NCBI RefSeq assembly: GCF_022045235.1
Contig: NW_027266271.1
Coordinates: 22,878,001 to 22,942,000, forward strand
DNA: 64,000 nt
Origin: Haliotis cracherodii
Taxonomy: Eukaryota
Direction of reading: 5' to 3'
Positions 11,889 through 24,800 of the stretch are shown here, one piece after another. Made by a program: the position numbers and the translations under genes. The first letter of the stretch is position 1; every line of letters begins with the position of its first letter. A model generated the notes under the pieces. The model searched no databases. It had not been told where the DNA came from and was given only the letters and a program-made list of their open reading frames with translations.

Positions 11889-14800
11889 ATGGTTCGTGTA
11901 CCTGCATGTCTTGTCCTGGCGTTAATGTATGTAAGTATTATTTGGTGGTCTATCATTCCCGATTCCCGTGTGTGTCCTACACGTGATGAGATACTGTTGA
12001 AACAAGCTTGTTTGTTTGTTTATTTATTGTTTAACACTGCACTCAGCAAAATTCCAGCTATATGGCGGCGGTCTGTAAATAATCAAGTTTGGAAAAGACA
12101 ATCCAGTGATTGACATTATGCGCATCGATCTACGCATGACGATGACATGCATCAACCAAGTCAACGAGCCTGACCACCCGATCCCGTTACTCGCCACTTA
12201 CGACAAGCATAGTCGCCTTTTAGGGCAAGCATGGGTTGCTGAAGACCTATTCTATCCCGGATCTTCACAGGTAGTTGAAACAATTAAATGTTTTACATGT
12301 ATTTGAAATTCTGTTTTTCCTGTCCATAGTTCCCATTGCTCCATGCTTGGCGTCAGAGCTGATAAGGATCGGATGGTTACAATGGCGACCTAGGTCCCGT
12401 TTCACGAAGTGATCGTAGCGCTACGACTGTTATGTTAAAGTATAGACAGTCGTAGCGCTACGATCGCTTTGTGAAACGGGGCCATGGTTACTTATCGTGC
12501 ACAGGCAGCGTTGCTCATGCTGTCAACCCCAACTGTTTTTAGACTAGACTCAAATATTTACAGGCTGTCGTGTTATAGCTGGAACATTGTTCACTGCGGC
12601 TGAAAATATCAGTCCTCGTCGTCTCTGCTAGGAACTAAACAGCCGGGCAAAAGAAAGTATAACTGGATTTGACCAAAAACTTACAAACGTTATCAAACCA
12701 TTACAAGGCTGAAAACAGTCCCTGAAACCCTGCAAACTTAAGGTCCAAAGACGACTGTGATACTCGTATCAACTACATCGACAACCCATAACGATCCGTG
12801 AAGATCCGGGGTAGAATAGGTCTTCAGCAACCCATGCTTGCCGTGAGAGGCGACTAACGGGATCGGGTGGTCAGGCTCGCTGACTTGGTTGATGCATGTT
12901 ATCGATACCAAATGCGTGGATCGATGCTCATGATATCAATCACTGGATTGCCTAGTCTAGACTCGATTTTTTACAGACCGCCGTCATACAGCTAGAATAT
13001 TGCTGAGGGTGGTGCTAAACAACAAACAAACAAAACAAACCAACCCTTAGCCATTACCTTTTGTTTCATATTTTTGTGTGTTTCGCACCCGTGAAAGAGG
13101 CGACAATGCTTTTCGTAAGAGTGAGTGAGTGAGTGAGTGAGTGTGTGAGTGAGTGAGTTTTGTTTAACGCCGCTTTTAACAGTATTCCAGTTATATCACG
13201 GCGTGTCTGCTTAATGTGGGAGGAAAGCCCGAAGTGATGCAGGTCTCAGACGTTTACCACTTCGGTGAAACCCACGAGCACGGGTATGCTGCAGCCTTTT
13301 TTTTAGACTAGTCTGTTTGAGAATCGCTGCAACTAAAAATATTGTTTAATTATATATGTAGGTAAACTCGGTTACCAGTGGGTTTTATATGATTGTGCGT
13401 TGTCCAGAAGTGAGTGAGTATTTGGTTTAACGCCGCTTTGAACAGTATTCCAGTTATGTCACGGCGTGTCAGCGTAATGTGGATGAAAGCCCGAAGTGAT
13501 GCAGGTCTCAGACGTTTACCACATCGGTGAAACCCACGAACACGGGTATGGTGCTGACAAACCTAGAAACATAGTCGGGGCGAGTCGGGACTCGAACCCA
13601 CAATCATAGGTTTCTGGCGTGCCCAAGGGACATAACTCTGCACAGCGAATCGCGGCGCCTTAGACGACAGGGCCACCCGTGCCCCCGCTTTTCGTAAGAC
13701 GGGATCGGGTGGTGAGGCTCGCTGACTTGGTTGATGCATGTCGTATCCCAGTTGCGTAGATCGATGCTCATGATGTCAATCACTGGACTGTCCGGTCCAG
13801 ACCCGATTATTTACAGACCGCCGTCATATCGCTGGAATATTGATGAGTGCGGCGTTAATCAACAAACAAAAAAGAAAAAGGTATACATACCCAGTTTCTC
13901 TGTCCGACAGGTGGCGGCCGAGTCGGACTCCAGCACCCAAACAAGAATCATTGACTACAGGAATGGGCTGTTCTATGAAGACCTTGGACATGTCAGTATA
14001 ATGTTACGATCTGATTTGCACAGGGTCTGTTTTACGTGTATATATTCCCTTGGACATTCACAGCCTGAAGGGTTTTACAAGTTACAAAGTCAGTATTAAG
14101 ATCATCACCAACATTGCTTTGGCAATGACTCAAACGTCCTTACCAATTGCCCCCGCCCCTATTGTTGATAATATATATATAATCATCATTCGTGCTGTAT
14201 TCAATGGGTCGTATTAAAATTACAATTTGACAACTGCATCGGTCGACTCATGCTACAGTCGACTTCGACTCAAGCTACAGGCGACTTCGACTCATGCTAC
14301 GGGCGACATCGACTCATGATGCGGACGACTTCGACTCATGCTACAGGCGACTTCGACCCATGCTACAGACGACTTCGACTCATGCTACAGACGACTTCGA
14401 CTCATGATGCGGACGACTTCGACTCATGCTACAGGCGACTTCGACTCATGATGCGGACGACTTCGACTCATGCTACAGGCGACTTCGACTCATGATGCGG
14501 ACGACTTCGACTCGTGCTACAGGCGACTTCGACTCATGATGCGGACGACTTCGACTCATGATGCGGACGACTTCGACTCATTCTACAGGCGACTTCGACT
14601 CATGATACAGACGACTTCGACTCATGATACAGACGATAGACACAATATAGACCCTGATCACTTGAATGATACTATATGTTGTAGAATTTCCTTGTACTGG
14701 TGATGCCGGATGGGTGTTACTTCTGGCATCTGACCCAAAACGAGATCTCGGTCGGACTCTCGCCAGGCGGCTTTAGACACACAGAGGTAAGTGACTTTCA

Positions 14801-16972
14801 TGGTGTGGCGTGTATCGCACGCGCATCTGCATCACACGTGCATCTGTATCACACCTCAAGTGTACATTGGACCTGTGTCGCACCTGTATCGCACCCGTAT
14901 GACAACTGTACATTTGGACCTCTGTCGCGCCCAGTTACCCTCTTGTAAGATCAAACACTAGTCAATCGGCCCGCCAGGCGTCCTGTACCAATCTCATTAA
15001 AACCAGATCTTAGTTCTCGCTATCGCTAAACAAAGATTTGAGGACATCCCATTACGGGTTACGTCAGAATGACCTTTCATCCAACCAATCAGATCGTCAC
15101 TTACCAGATCATGAAAGTGACAGTCGGAATGTGTTTTCTAATCACGCAACCTCGAAAACGTATTCAGAACGACAGTTACGGCCCGTACGACTGATTCCGT
15201 CAAAATAATCGCCTATCTCTCCTTTCATGGGAGAAACATTTGAACGAAAAAGTCGTTGCACAGTACGTGGGAAGAACTGCCATTCAATCTAAACCGTATA
15301 TTCGACATATTCCGGAATGTTCGTTTGTGCAGTTTTCAAATTTTTAATCGAGAACTGTGTCAACATAATTTTCAAGCGTAGTCTGAAACGGAAGCTTTCT
15401 AATTGGCTGATGTCGACTTCTTGTTAGTCATTTTAGTGGTCGGTCAAAGTTCGCGAAACCACTGGCCTTCGTATGGCAGATCTGAAAATAAACTTTGTAC
15501 TTAAGCGATCTACGTTGTGTTAACAATCCCTTATGTTTGTGAGGAACGCCCAAAGGTTGTGCGTCTGAGACGTTTACCACTTTGGTGAAACCCACAAGCA
15601 CCGAAAGAAGCAGATAAACCAAAAAGCATAAATCAGGCAGAATATGGACTCGAACCAACGGTCATAAGATTCTGGAACGACTAAAGGACGCAACTCTTAC
15701 GGCGCCGTAGATGATTTGTCCACCCGTACCCATTCATAAGGCCGTCATATAGCTGGAATATTGCTGAGTGCGACGTTAATCAACAAACAAACAAACCCAT
15801 CCATTAGGTGACTATATTTGTCGTAAAAGGCGACTAACGGGATCGGGTGTTCAGGGTCGCTGACTTGGTTGATGCACGTCATCGATCCCAATTGCGCGGA
15901 TCGATGCTCATGATATCAATCACTGGATTGTGTGGTCCAGATTTGATTATTTACAGACCGCCGTCATATCGCTGGAATGTTGCTGATTGCGGCGTTAACA
16001 ACAAACCAACCATCCAACCAACCATAAGGTATTAACGTTCTAGGCGATCATTTACAGCTTGCTCGGGACCCATGAGTAAGACGAAAACATTAATGTTTCA
16101 TTATGCTTGTATTCAACAGAACACATTTGTAGCAGCAATTGGGAACGGCTTTGATATGACGAGGATCAACCGCATCAACTTCGACCACATGGCCTTCGCC
16201 GTTGTGGGACATTGCATTCATAGAGACAGCTTCCTGATCCACCGAGGTGAGAACGCAAGACTTCAGCTTGAGACTATTATGGAATTACAGGCATTGCTAC
16301 AAGAACCTGAGGGGTAAAGGATGGGTAGTGGAGCGGGGTGGGTAGTGGAGCGGGATTGATAGTGGAGCGGGATGGGTAGTGGAGATGGGTAGTGGAGATG
16401 GAGATGGGTAGTGGAGCGGAATGGGTAGTGGAGATGGGTAGTGGAGCGGGATGGGTAGTGGAGCAGGGTGGGTAGTGGAGATGGAGATGGGTAGTGGAGA
16501 TGGTGATGGGTAGTGGAGCGGGATGGGTAGTGGAGATGGTGATGGGTAGTGGAGCGGGATGGTTAGTGGAGATGAGATGGGTTGTGGAGATGGAGATGTT
16601 TAGTGGAGATGGGTAGTGGAGACAGAGATGTTTAGTGGAGATGGGTACTGGAGATGGAGATGGGTAGTGGAGATGGTGATGGGTAGTGGAAAGGGAGATG
16701 GGAAGTGGAGATGGAGATGTTAAGTGGAGATCGGTAGTGGAGAGGGAGATGGGTAGTGGAGATGGAGATGTTTAGTGGAGAGGAGGATGGGTAGTGGAGA
16801 TGGAGATGGGTACTGAAGATAGAGATGTTTAGTGGAGATGGGTAGTGGAGATGGAGAAGGGTTGTGGAGATGGGTAGTGGAGATGCAGATGGGTTGTGGA
16901 GATGGAAATGTTAAGTGGAGAGGGAGATGGGTAGTGGAGATGGAGATGGGTAGTGGAGAGGGAGATCGGTAG

Positions 16973-17032
<60 letters not shown>

Positions 17033-20000
17033 TAGTGGAGATAGAGATGGGTAGTTGAGATAGAGATGGAGATGGGTGATGGAGATGGCGATGGAGATGG
17101 TGATGGGTAGTGGAAATGGAGATGGGTAGTGGAGAGGGAGATGGGAGGTGGAGAGGTAGATGGGTAGTGGAGAGGGAGATGGGTAGTGGAGATGGAGATG
17201 GGTGATGGAGATGGAGATGGAGATGGTGATGGGTAGTGGAAATGGAGATGGGTAGTGGAGAGGGAGATGGGTAGTGGAGAGAGAGAGATGGTAGTGGAGA
17301 GGGAGATGTTTAGTGGAGAGGGAGATGGGTGATGGAGATGGCGATGGAGATGGTGATGGGTAGTGGAAATGGAGATGGGTAGTGGAGAGGGAGATGGGAG
17401 GTGGAGAGGTAGATGGGTAGTGGAGATGGGTACTGGAGATAGAGATGGGTAGTGGAGATGGAGATGGGTGATGGAGATGGAGATGGGTAGTGGAGAGGGA
17501 GATGGGTAGTGGAGATGGAGATGGGTAGTGGAGAGGGAGATGGGTAGTGGAGATGGAGATGGGTAGTGGAGAGGGAGATGGGTAGTGGAGATGGGTACTG
17601 GAGATAGAGATGGGTAGTGGAGATGGAGATGGGTGATGGAGATAGAGATGGGTAGAGGAGAGGGAGATGGGTGATGGAGATGGTGATGGAGATGGTGATG
17701 GGTAGTGGAAATGGAGATGGTGATGGAGATGGTGATGGAGATGGTGATGGGTAGTGGAAATGGAGATATTTTGTGGAGATTGGTATTGGAGAGGGAGATG
17801 GGAAGTGGAGAGGTAGATGTTTAGTGGAGATGGGTACTGAAGATGGAGATGTTTAGTGGAGATGGGAAGTGGAGAGGTAGATGGGAAGTGGAGAGGTAGA
17901 TGGGTAGTGGAGATAGAGATGGGTAGTGGAGAGGGAGATGGGTAGTGGAGATGGAGATGGGTAGTGGAGATGCAGATGGGTAGTGGAGAGGGAGATGGGA
18001 AGTGGAGAGGGAGATGGGAAGTGGAGAGGTAGATGGGTAGTGGAGATAGAGATGGGTGGTGGAGAGGAAGATGGGAAGTGGAGATGGAGATGGGTAGTGG
18101 AGATAGAGACGGGAAGTGGAGATGGACATGGGTAGTGGAGAGGGAGATGGGAAGTGGAGAGGGAGATGGGAAGTGGAAATGGAGATGTTTAGAGGAGATG
18201 GGTAGTGGAGAGGGAGATGGGAAGTGGAGAGGGAGATGGGAAGTGGAGATGGAGATGTTTAGTGGAGAGGGAGATATGTAGTGGAGAGGGATATTGGTAG
18301 TGGGGATGGAGATGAGTAGTGGAGATAGAGATGGGTAGTGGAGAGGGAGATGGGAAGTGGAGATGGAGATGGATGATGGAGATAGAGATGGGTGGTGGAG
18401 AGGAAGATGGGAAGTGGAGATGGAGATGGGTAGTGGAGATAGAGACGGGAAGTGGAGATGGACATGGGTAGTGGAGAGGGAGATGGGAAGTGGAGAGGGA
18501 GATGGGAAGTGGAAATGGAGATGTTTAGAGGAGATGGGTAGTGGAGAGGGAGATGGGAAGTGGAGAGGGAGATGGGAAGTGGAAATGGAGATGTTTAGAG
18601 GAGATGGGTAGTGGAGAGGGATATTGGTAGTGGGGATGGAGATGAGTAGTGGAGATAGAGATGGGTAGTGGAGAGGGAGATGGGAAGTGGAGAGGGAGAT
18701 GGGTAGTGGAGATGGAGATGTTTAGAGGAGATGGGTAGTGGAGAGGGAGATGGGAAGTGGAGAGGGAGATGGGAAGTGGAAATGGAGATGTTTAGAGGAG
18801 ATGGGTAGTGGAGAGGGATATTGGTAGTGGGGATGGAGATGAGTAGTGGAGATAGAGATGGGTAGTGGAGAGGGAGATGGGAAGTGGAGAGGGAGATGGG
18901 TAGTGGAGATGGAGATGTTTAGTGGAGATGGGTACTGGAGATCGGCAGTGGAGAGGGATATGGGTAGTGGAATTGGAGATGTTTATTGGAGATGGAGATG
19001 GGTGGTGGAGATGGAGATGTTTAGTGGACATGTGTAGTGGAGAGGGAGATGGGTGGTGGAGATGGACATGTGTAGTGGAGAGGGAGATTGGTGGTGGAGA
19101 TGGACATGTGTAGTGGAGATGGACATGGGTAGTGGAGATGGACATGTGTAGTGGAGATGGACATGGGTAGTGGAGAGGGACATGTGTAGTGGAGATGGAC
19201 ATGTGTGGTGGAGAGGGAGATGGGTAGTGGAGATGGACATGTGTAGTGGAGATGGACATGGGTAGTGGAGAGGGAGATGGGTGGTGGAGATGGACATGTG
19301 TAGTGGAGATTGACATGGGTAGTGGAGAGGGAGATGGGTGGTGGAGATGGAGATGTTTAGTAGAGATGGAGATGGGTGGTGGAGATGGAGATGTTTAGTG
19401 GAGATGGACATGGGTAGTGGAGATGGACATGTGTAGTGGAGAGGGAGATGGGTGGTGGAGATGGACATGTGTAGTGGAGATGGACATGGGTAGTGGAGAG
19501 GGAGATGGGTAGTGGAGATGGACATGTGTAGTGGAGAGGGAGATGGGTGGTGGAGATGGACATGTGTAGTGGAGATTGACATGGGTAGTGGAGAGGGAGA
19601 TGGGTGGTGGAGATGGAGATGTTTAGTAGAGATGGAGATGGGTGGTGGAGATGGAGATGTTTAGTGGACATGTGTAGTGGAGAGGGAGATGGGTGATGGA
19701 GATGGAGATGTTTAGTGGAGATGGAGATGGGTAGTGGAGATGGAGATGGGTAGTGGAGATGGAGATGGGTGATGGAGATGGAGATGGGTAGTGGAGATGG
19801 AGATGGGTAGTGGAGATAGAGATGGGTGATGGAGATGGGTGATGGAGATGGAGATGGGTAGTGGAGATGGAGATGGGTAGTGGAGATGGAGATGGGTGAT
19901 GGAGATGGGTGATGGAGATGGAGATGGGTAGTGGAGATGGAGATGGGTGATGGAGATGGAGATGGGTGATGGAGATGGAGATGGGTAGTGGAGATGGAGA

Positions 20001-20438
20001 TGGGTGATGGAGATGGAGATGGGTGATGGAGATGGAGATGGGTAGTGGAGATGGAGATGGTGATGGAGATGGAGATGGGTAGTGGAGATGGAGATGGGTA
20101 GTGGAGATGGAGATGGGTGATGGAGATGGAGATGGGTGATGGAGATGGAGATGGGTAGTGGAGATGGAGATGGAGATGCTTTGTGGAGATGTGTAGTAGA
20201 GAGGGAGATGGGTAATGGAGATGGAGATGGGTAGTGGGTTGCAAAAGATGCTTAGAGGGAGTAATAGTTCTGATTGTAAGTGTTTATTATGAATATGGGG
20301 ATAGACTTGTGATGGAAAAGTAAATGTAACCAAATCATTCTATTATTTTCAGGGCATATGAACTTGAACGATCTCTCCAGCATTGGTCTCCAAGGCAGCA
20401 TAGCACCCAATGCCGAAGTTGTCCATGCCCACTCTTAA
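11889..20438 (+). CDS. Putative secreted ~145-aa protein, BRICHOS-like; 5 exons: 11889-11930, 13911-13991, 14685-14786, 16120-16246, 20353-20438
   Basis: Kozak ccaccATGG. GT-AG junctions keep one open frame (phases 0,0,0,1), 438 nt in total. Translation: MVRVPACLVLALMYVAAESDSSTQTRIIDYRNGLFYEDLGHNFLVLVMPDGCYFWHLTQNEISVGLSPGGFRHTENTFVAAIGNGFDMTRINRINFDHMAFAVVGHCIHRDSFLIHRGHMNLNDLSSIGLQGSIAPNAEVVHAHS. Hydrophobic N-terminus is signal-peptide-like. The family call is inference and the last exon is the least certain. Confidence 0.65.
12010..12272 (-). mobile_element. Family C element
   Basis: Near full-length reverse copy. Confidence 0.78.
12795..13035 (+). mobile_element. Non-tRNA SINE-like element, family C
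   Basis: Head CCGTGAAGATCCGGGGTAGAATAGGTCTTCAGCAACCC, tail CTAGAATATTGCTGAG..AAAC plus (AAAC)n. About 15 copies or fragments, e.g. 4541, 5265, 12010(-), 15825, 37495, 46125(-), 48156, 48955(-), 55137, 61408. Confidence 0.8.
13121..13686 (-). mobile_element. Composite family A SINE nested in a family C element
   Basis: 13-bp TSD GCTTTTCGTAAGA at 13108-13120 and 13687-13699. Confidence 0.8.
14240..14637. repeat. 21-bp minisatellite, ~19 copies
   Basis: Variants CGACTTCGACTCATGCTACAG and CGACTTCGACTCATGATGCGG; intronic, just upstream of exon 3 of the secreted-protein gene. Confidence 0.92.
16318..20237. repeat. ~3.9-kb purine-rich complex satellite (GGAGAT/GGGTAGT modules) with an embedded (GA)n
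   Basis: Recurring 13-, 19- and 25-bp combinations of GGAGAT and GGGTAGT; fills almost all of intron 4 of the secreted-protein gene. Confidence 0.95.
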
Positions 20439-21511
20439 CTGAAGAAGATCACTACATCCCTTTACACAGAAACTCAGTAATGAACACTATGACAATACTG
20501 TAACAAGATATGCGGTGTGGAACTGAATTGTAATATAGTCATTTCTGACTGTCTGACTGAGAGAATTGTGTTTAACGCAATTTAAACAGCCTTTTTTTTC
20601 ATGGTGTGTTAGCTTTACATTTCACACTGTGGTGAAACCCATCAGACACAGGCAGTGTGTTCAGAAACAAAGGATCATAATCAAGGGGAATCTAGGGTTC
20701 CCTCTGATTATCGGATCCTGAAACTCCCAAGGGACATGACTGCTGTGTCTTTGACAGCTTGGTTATAATCAAAGATAGTTTGGTTGCATTTCTAGTCAAT
20801 CCCTTAGATGCCTTACTGCTCTTTAAGATAAATTTCATATATACTACTCAAAAGAAGTTTGTCATCACATTAAGTAAAATGAAAGTATCAGGTGTTCTTT
20901 TGGGTAGTTTATATCATATAGCGTATTGCATCATAACCTATAATGTCCATTTTTTTTAAATTTTCATATGCATACCTTATTTACCACCGCCCGAAATATT
21001 TTGAATTTATATTCGACTCTGACATGCCATGTGGAAGCAGTGCGTGCGAAAATAAATTTTAATTTAATATAAAAAGTCCAAGGCATATATTTCTCATCAC
21101 TGTTGTGTTCTGAATGCACAGAAATAGGCAAATCTAAATATTTTGGACAGAAAGGTGCACCAGAAACCTATGATCATGAGTTTGAATCCAAGATTCGCCC
21201 CGATTGTTTCTTGTTTTGTCAGCACCATGACCATTCTTGTGGGTTTCACTAGAGTAGTAACATCGAAGACCCACATCACTCTGGAATTTCCACCCACATC
21301 AAGATAACACACCATGATGTAACTAAAATACTGTTCAAAGCCATGTTACACCAAACTGTCTCCCACACTATATTAGTACTCAAGTAATACCTACCTTTGT
21401 CAGCCTAAATGGCTATCATTCAAATACTTCCAGTAGTTATCTAATGAGAAAATTATTTGTTCATGTCTGTTACGTTCATTTTACATCTGTTGTGACTGTT
21501 TCATCCAACTA

Positions 21512-21875
21512 CAGTCAAGTCTCGTTCAGAAAGCAGCTTTCTTAGGCTTTGCAGTACCAGTTTCAAACTGGCAACTTCCATTCCAGACTATGCTTTTAAA
21601 GTATTTTGAATAGTCATACAGTCCATAACAGTTTTTTTGTGTTGAGCTTTAGAGGTTGCATGATCAGAAAGCTTATTCCACTAACATTGTAACATAACAA
21701 TATGAATATTTCATTTTTCATTTTTTTTATTACGTGTTTGTATCGTTATCTATCGTGTAAATGTCCGATTTTCGATCACGAATGTTGATACTACTTAATT
21801 TCGTTTATCCGACATACTCGTTAATCCGACATGATCATATGCAACCAGCCATGTCGGATTAACGGGACTTGACTG
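21512..21875. mobile_element. TA-flanked MITE-like element
   Basis: TA-CAGTCAAGTCTCGTT and AACGGGACTTGACTG-TA inverted termini. Confidence 0.55.
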
Positions 21876-24800
21876 TAGTACACTCCAAGTTTGTCTTTGG
21901 TCGGTAATAACAATTTTCAAACATTTCTGCATATATATTTTTCAGAATGAAAATTGCATTCACAATCATTGAAACTGGTAACCATAATACTTTTATTGTC
22001 AAATAGTTTTTCTCGTTTTAAGGATCAGCTGTCCTAAATTTAGACAAACATACTGAAAAGGAACACTCACTGTATTTTCTTGGAGTGAGTGAGTGAGTAT
22101 GGTTTTACGCCTCTTTTAGCAATATTCCAGCAATATCACGGCGGGGGACACCAGAAATGTATTTTCTTGGAACAGATATCATGTTGACAATGCTTTCTGT
22201 TATTGTTTTTTTTAATAATTTGATGAAAAGCATCAAGCAGCTTTCTTATGAACCATTCCCTTGAAAGTAATATGTTATTTCCAAACTCCCTTCATCATTT
22301 CTCCTTGGATCTGACATATTGGTTTTAAAATCTGTGAAACAATATTTTTAAAAATGAAAAAGACTTGGATTTAGGAGACATTGGAAATATTTTCAATTGT
22401 CCTCAATTCAATCGATTTTAGAATATTTTTTACAACTTGAATACAAATATTCAAAATCTCATGTAAGAAATAGTCAAAGACAAATGTTGCCTCAGGTGAA
22501 ACGTACAGTGTCACATGATCTCACTACACCAGACTCATGGTTGACAGATGCATGGAGAACGCCCACTGCTTTCTGTATTAGAGATTGTTGATTCCCTCCC
22601 TACCTGGAAGTACAGACAGGATACTGTAAACATGAAGTGTCATAACCAGTCTTCGTTATCCACCAAAACAGATTCTGTTTGGCATGAAGGGCAAAATAGC
22701 TGTGAAAACTATATGAATGGACCACTGAAAATCAGTGATGACACCAGGTGTTCGAAAAAAGGGTTAGCATGTCTGGCACTACAAGTAGAACCGCCATTCA
22801 GACAATTTGCATAAAAAAAATAAAAAAGACTTGGATTTAGGAGACATTGGATTTATTTTCAGTTCTTCTCAATTCAGTCGATTTTAAATTATTTTTTTAA
22901 CAACTTGAATACAAATATTCAAAACCTCACGTGAGACATGGTCAAAGGAAAATGTTGCCTCAGGTCAGCGATGACACCAGGTGTTCGCAAAAAAGGTAAG
23001 CATGTCTTGCCCTGTCAGTAGAACCACCATTCACGAAACTGGCCTAAAAAGTAAGTAGTTATTGTTGACGCCGCACAGCAGGACTCCTCAAACCATGTGA
23101 CGGTGGCCTGATAACAAACCAGACAATCAAGTAATGATAACAAACCAGACAATCAAGTAATCGATGGACCAGGAATCAAAATGGACCAGATGGATCATGA
23201 AATTAATGGGTCACTAAATTAATGGGAGTAGCCCTGCCTTTGAACTATAAAAGTAATCAGAAAATGATAACACCAAGACTGTAGACTTAAAATTCCATCA
23301 GGGGGTGATAGCAGTTAGTTGAAGTATTATCATCACAAACTTCAACTGCTTGACATGCGATCTAACTTCCATGAAATCAAAAGCAGGAAATTACAAATTA
23401 GGCATATTCAAATGAGATAGGTCGGGTCACCGACTAAGACTGTACAGGTTCCAAGTGTTGATACAAGGGTTATCCTTCGAACATATACTCACCACCAAAA
23501 GAAACTTGAACCAGAGAAACATATAAAGAAGTATGTATGTTAAGAACAGATGTTTCCAATGTGTATCACTAAATGACGAAACTAACAATTAGTCAAATGT
23601 TACCACACAGTGTCTTTATTCTTTTCACGATATGCTGCCAAGATTTCCAAACTTCACACGCTAATCCTGCACGAGACAAATAGTGCATCTCGAGTCATGG
23701 ATCTATGACATTACACGTGAATCGTTCGTGAGCGTCGATTCACACAACATACTAGTATATTCATTTGTGTGTCGAACCAATCTAACAGCTCTTGAATATG
23801 AGTAATTCTTCATACATTAACCAACATGTATGGTATTCGTGTGTCTTTTGTCTGTGAGTATATATAATTATATGAACAGTGTTATGTCTCCCCCACAACT
23901 GCTGTCACTGTACTGGACATGTTAACTATGTGAGTAAGCAATGTCTTGCTTGAAATTGTAAAATTATTTGGCAGGGTTACCAAGAACAAAGACACTGTTA
24001 TAGACAATTGGCAACTTTTGACTTGATCGACATGTGTAAATAAACTGACCACTTTTAATGTGGAACTTGGTAAGAAGCACTGTCTTAATCCGGCTCACAA
24101 GTACAGAGGTTGTGGGGAGCTGTGTTATGTATGTCAGGCTTGTGCAGTGAATCTGACCTGACAAACTCCAATATGTCCAGATAAAAATGCAAGGACACAT
24201 TTTTCACTTAACTCCACGTTCACATTAATTTCATGATTGACAGTACACATGAATAGCATCCTCGTCACTACAGTATCCTGCCTATAGGTGCTGCATGATT
24301 CAGATATATTATCCCAATACACATCAGCTAATAGAGACAGACTCCAACAATACAGAACACACAAATTCACGATTACAGTAAAACCATGTTAATCTGTTTG
24401 CAGTGAAATCGTCCTGCAAACAGAAATAATTTGGAATCTGGGTTTGCGTTTTGCAAGTTCTTGATTAATTGTACATGGAATGATTGACAAGCTCCCCTTA
24501 AATTGGCAAAAGGGATAAAATACAGGTAAATCTGTAAAAAGAGTTGACAAATACATCAAATTGCAAGTAATACTGATACAGTAATAATTCTTTCTCTTGG
24601 CAGACACAAACATCTGGTTAGTAATGAGACTGAGAGATAAATACCCAATCCTTTCTGCAAAGACCATATTTCAGAAGTTTGAAACAATCCTCACAGTCCT
24701 GTAACCTCACTGAGAAGGTTTCTGGGTTGAAGGCCATGACACTTTGTAGATCTTCCATTCTGCTTCAACACCAGGATCTGAGAACATCTATAGGCCTGAG

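Noticed and set aside
14250-14703. Repetitive ORFs (TTSTHDADDFDS)
   Set aside because: Products of the 21-bp minisatellite.
17821-20333. Long His/Pro/Ser-rich ORFs (up to 295 aa) on the minus strand
   Set aside because: Translations of the GGAGAT/GGGTAGT satellite, open in several frames; no gene context.
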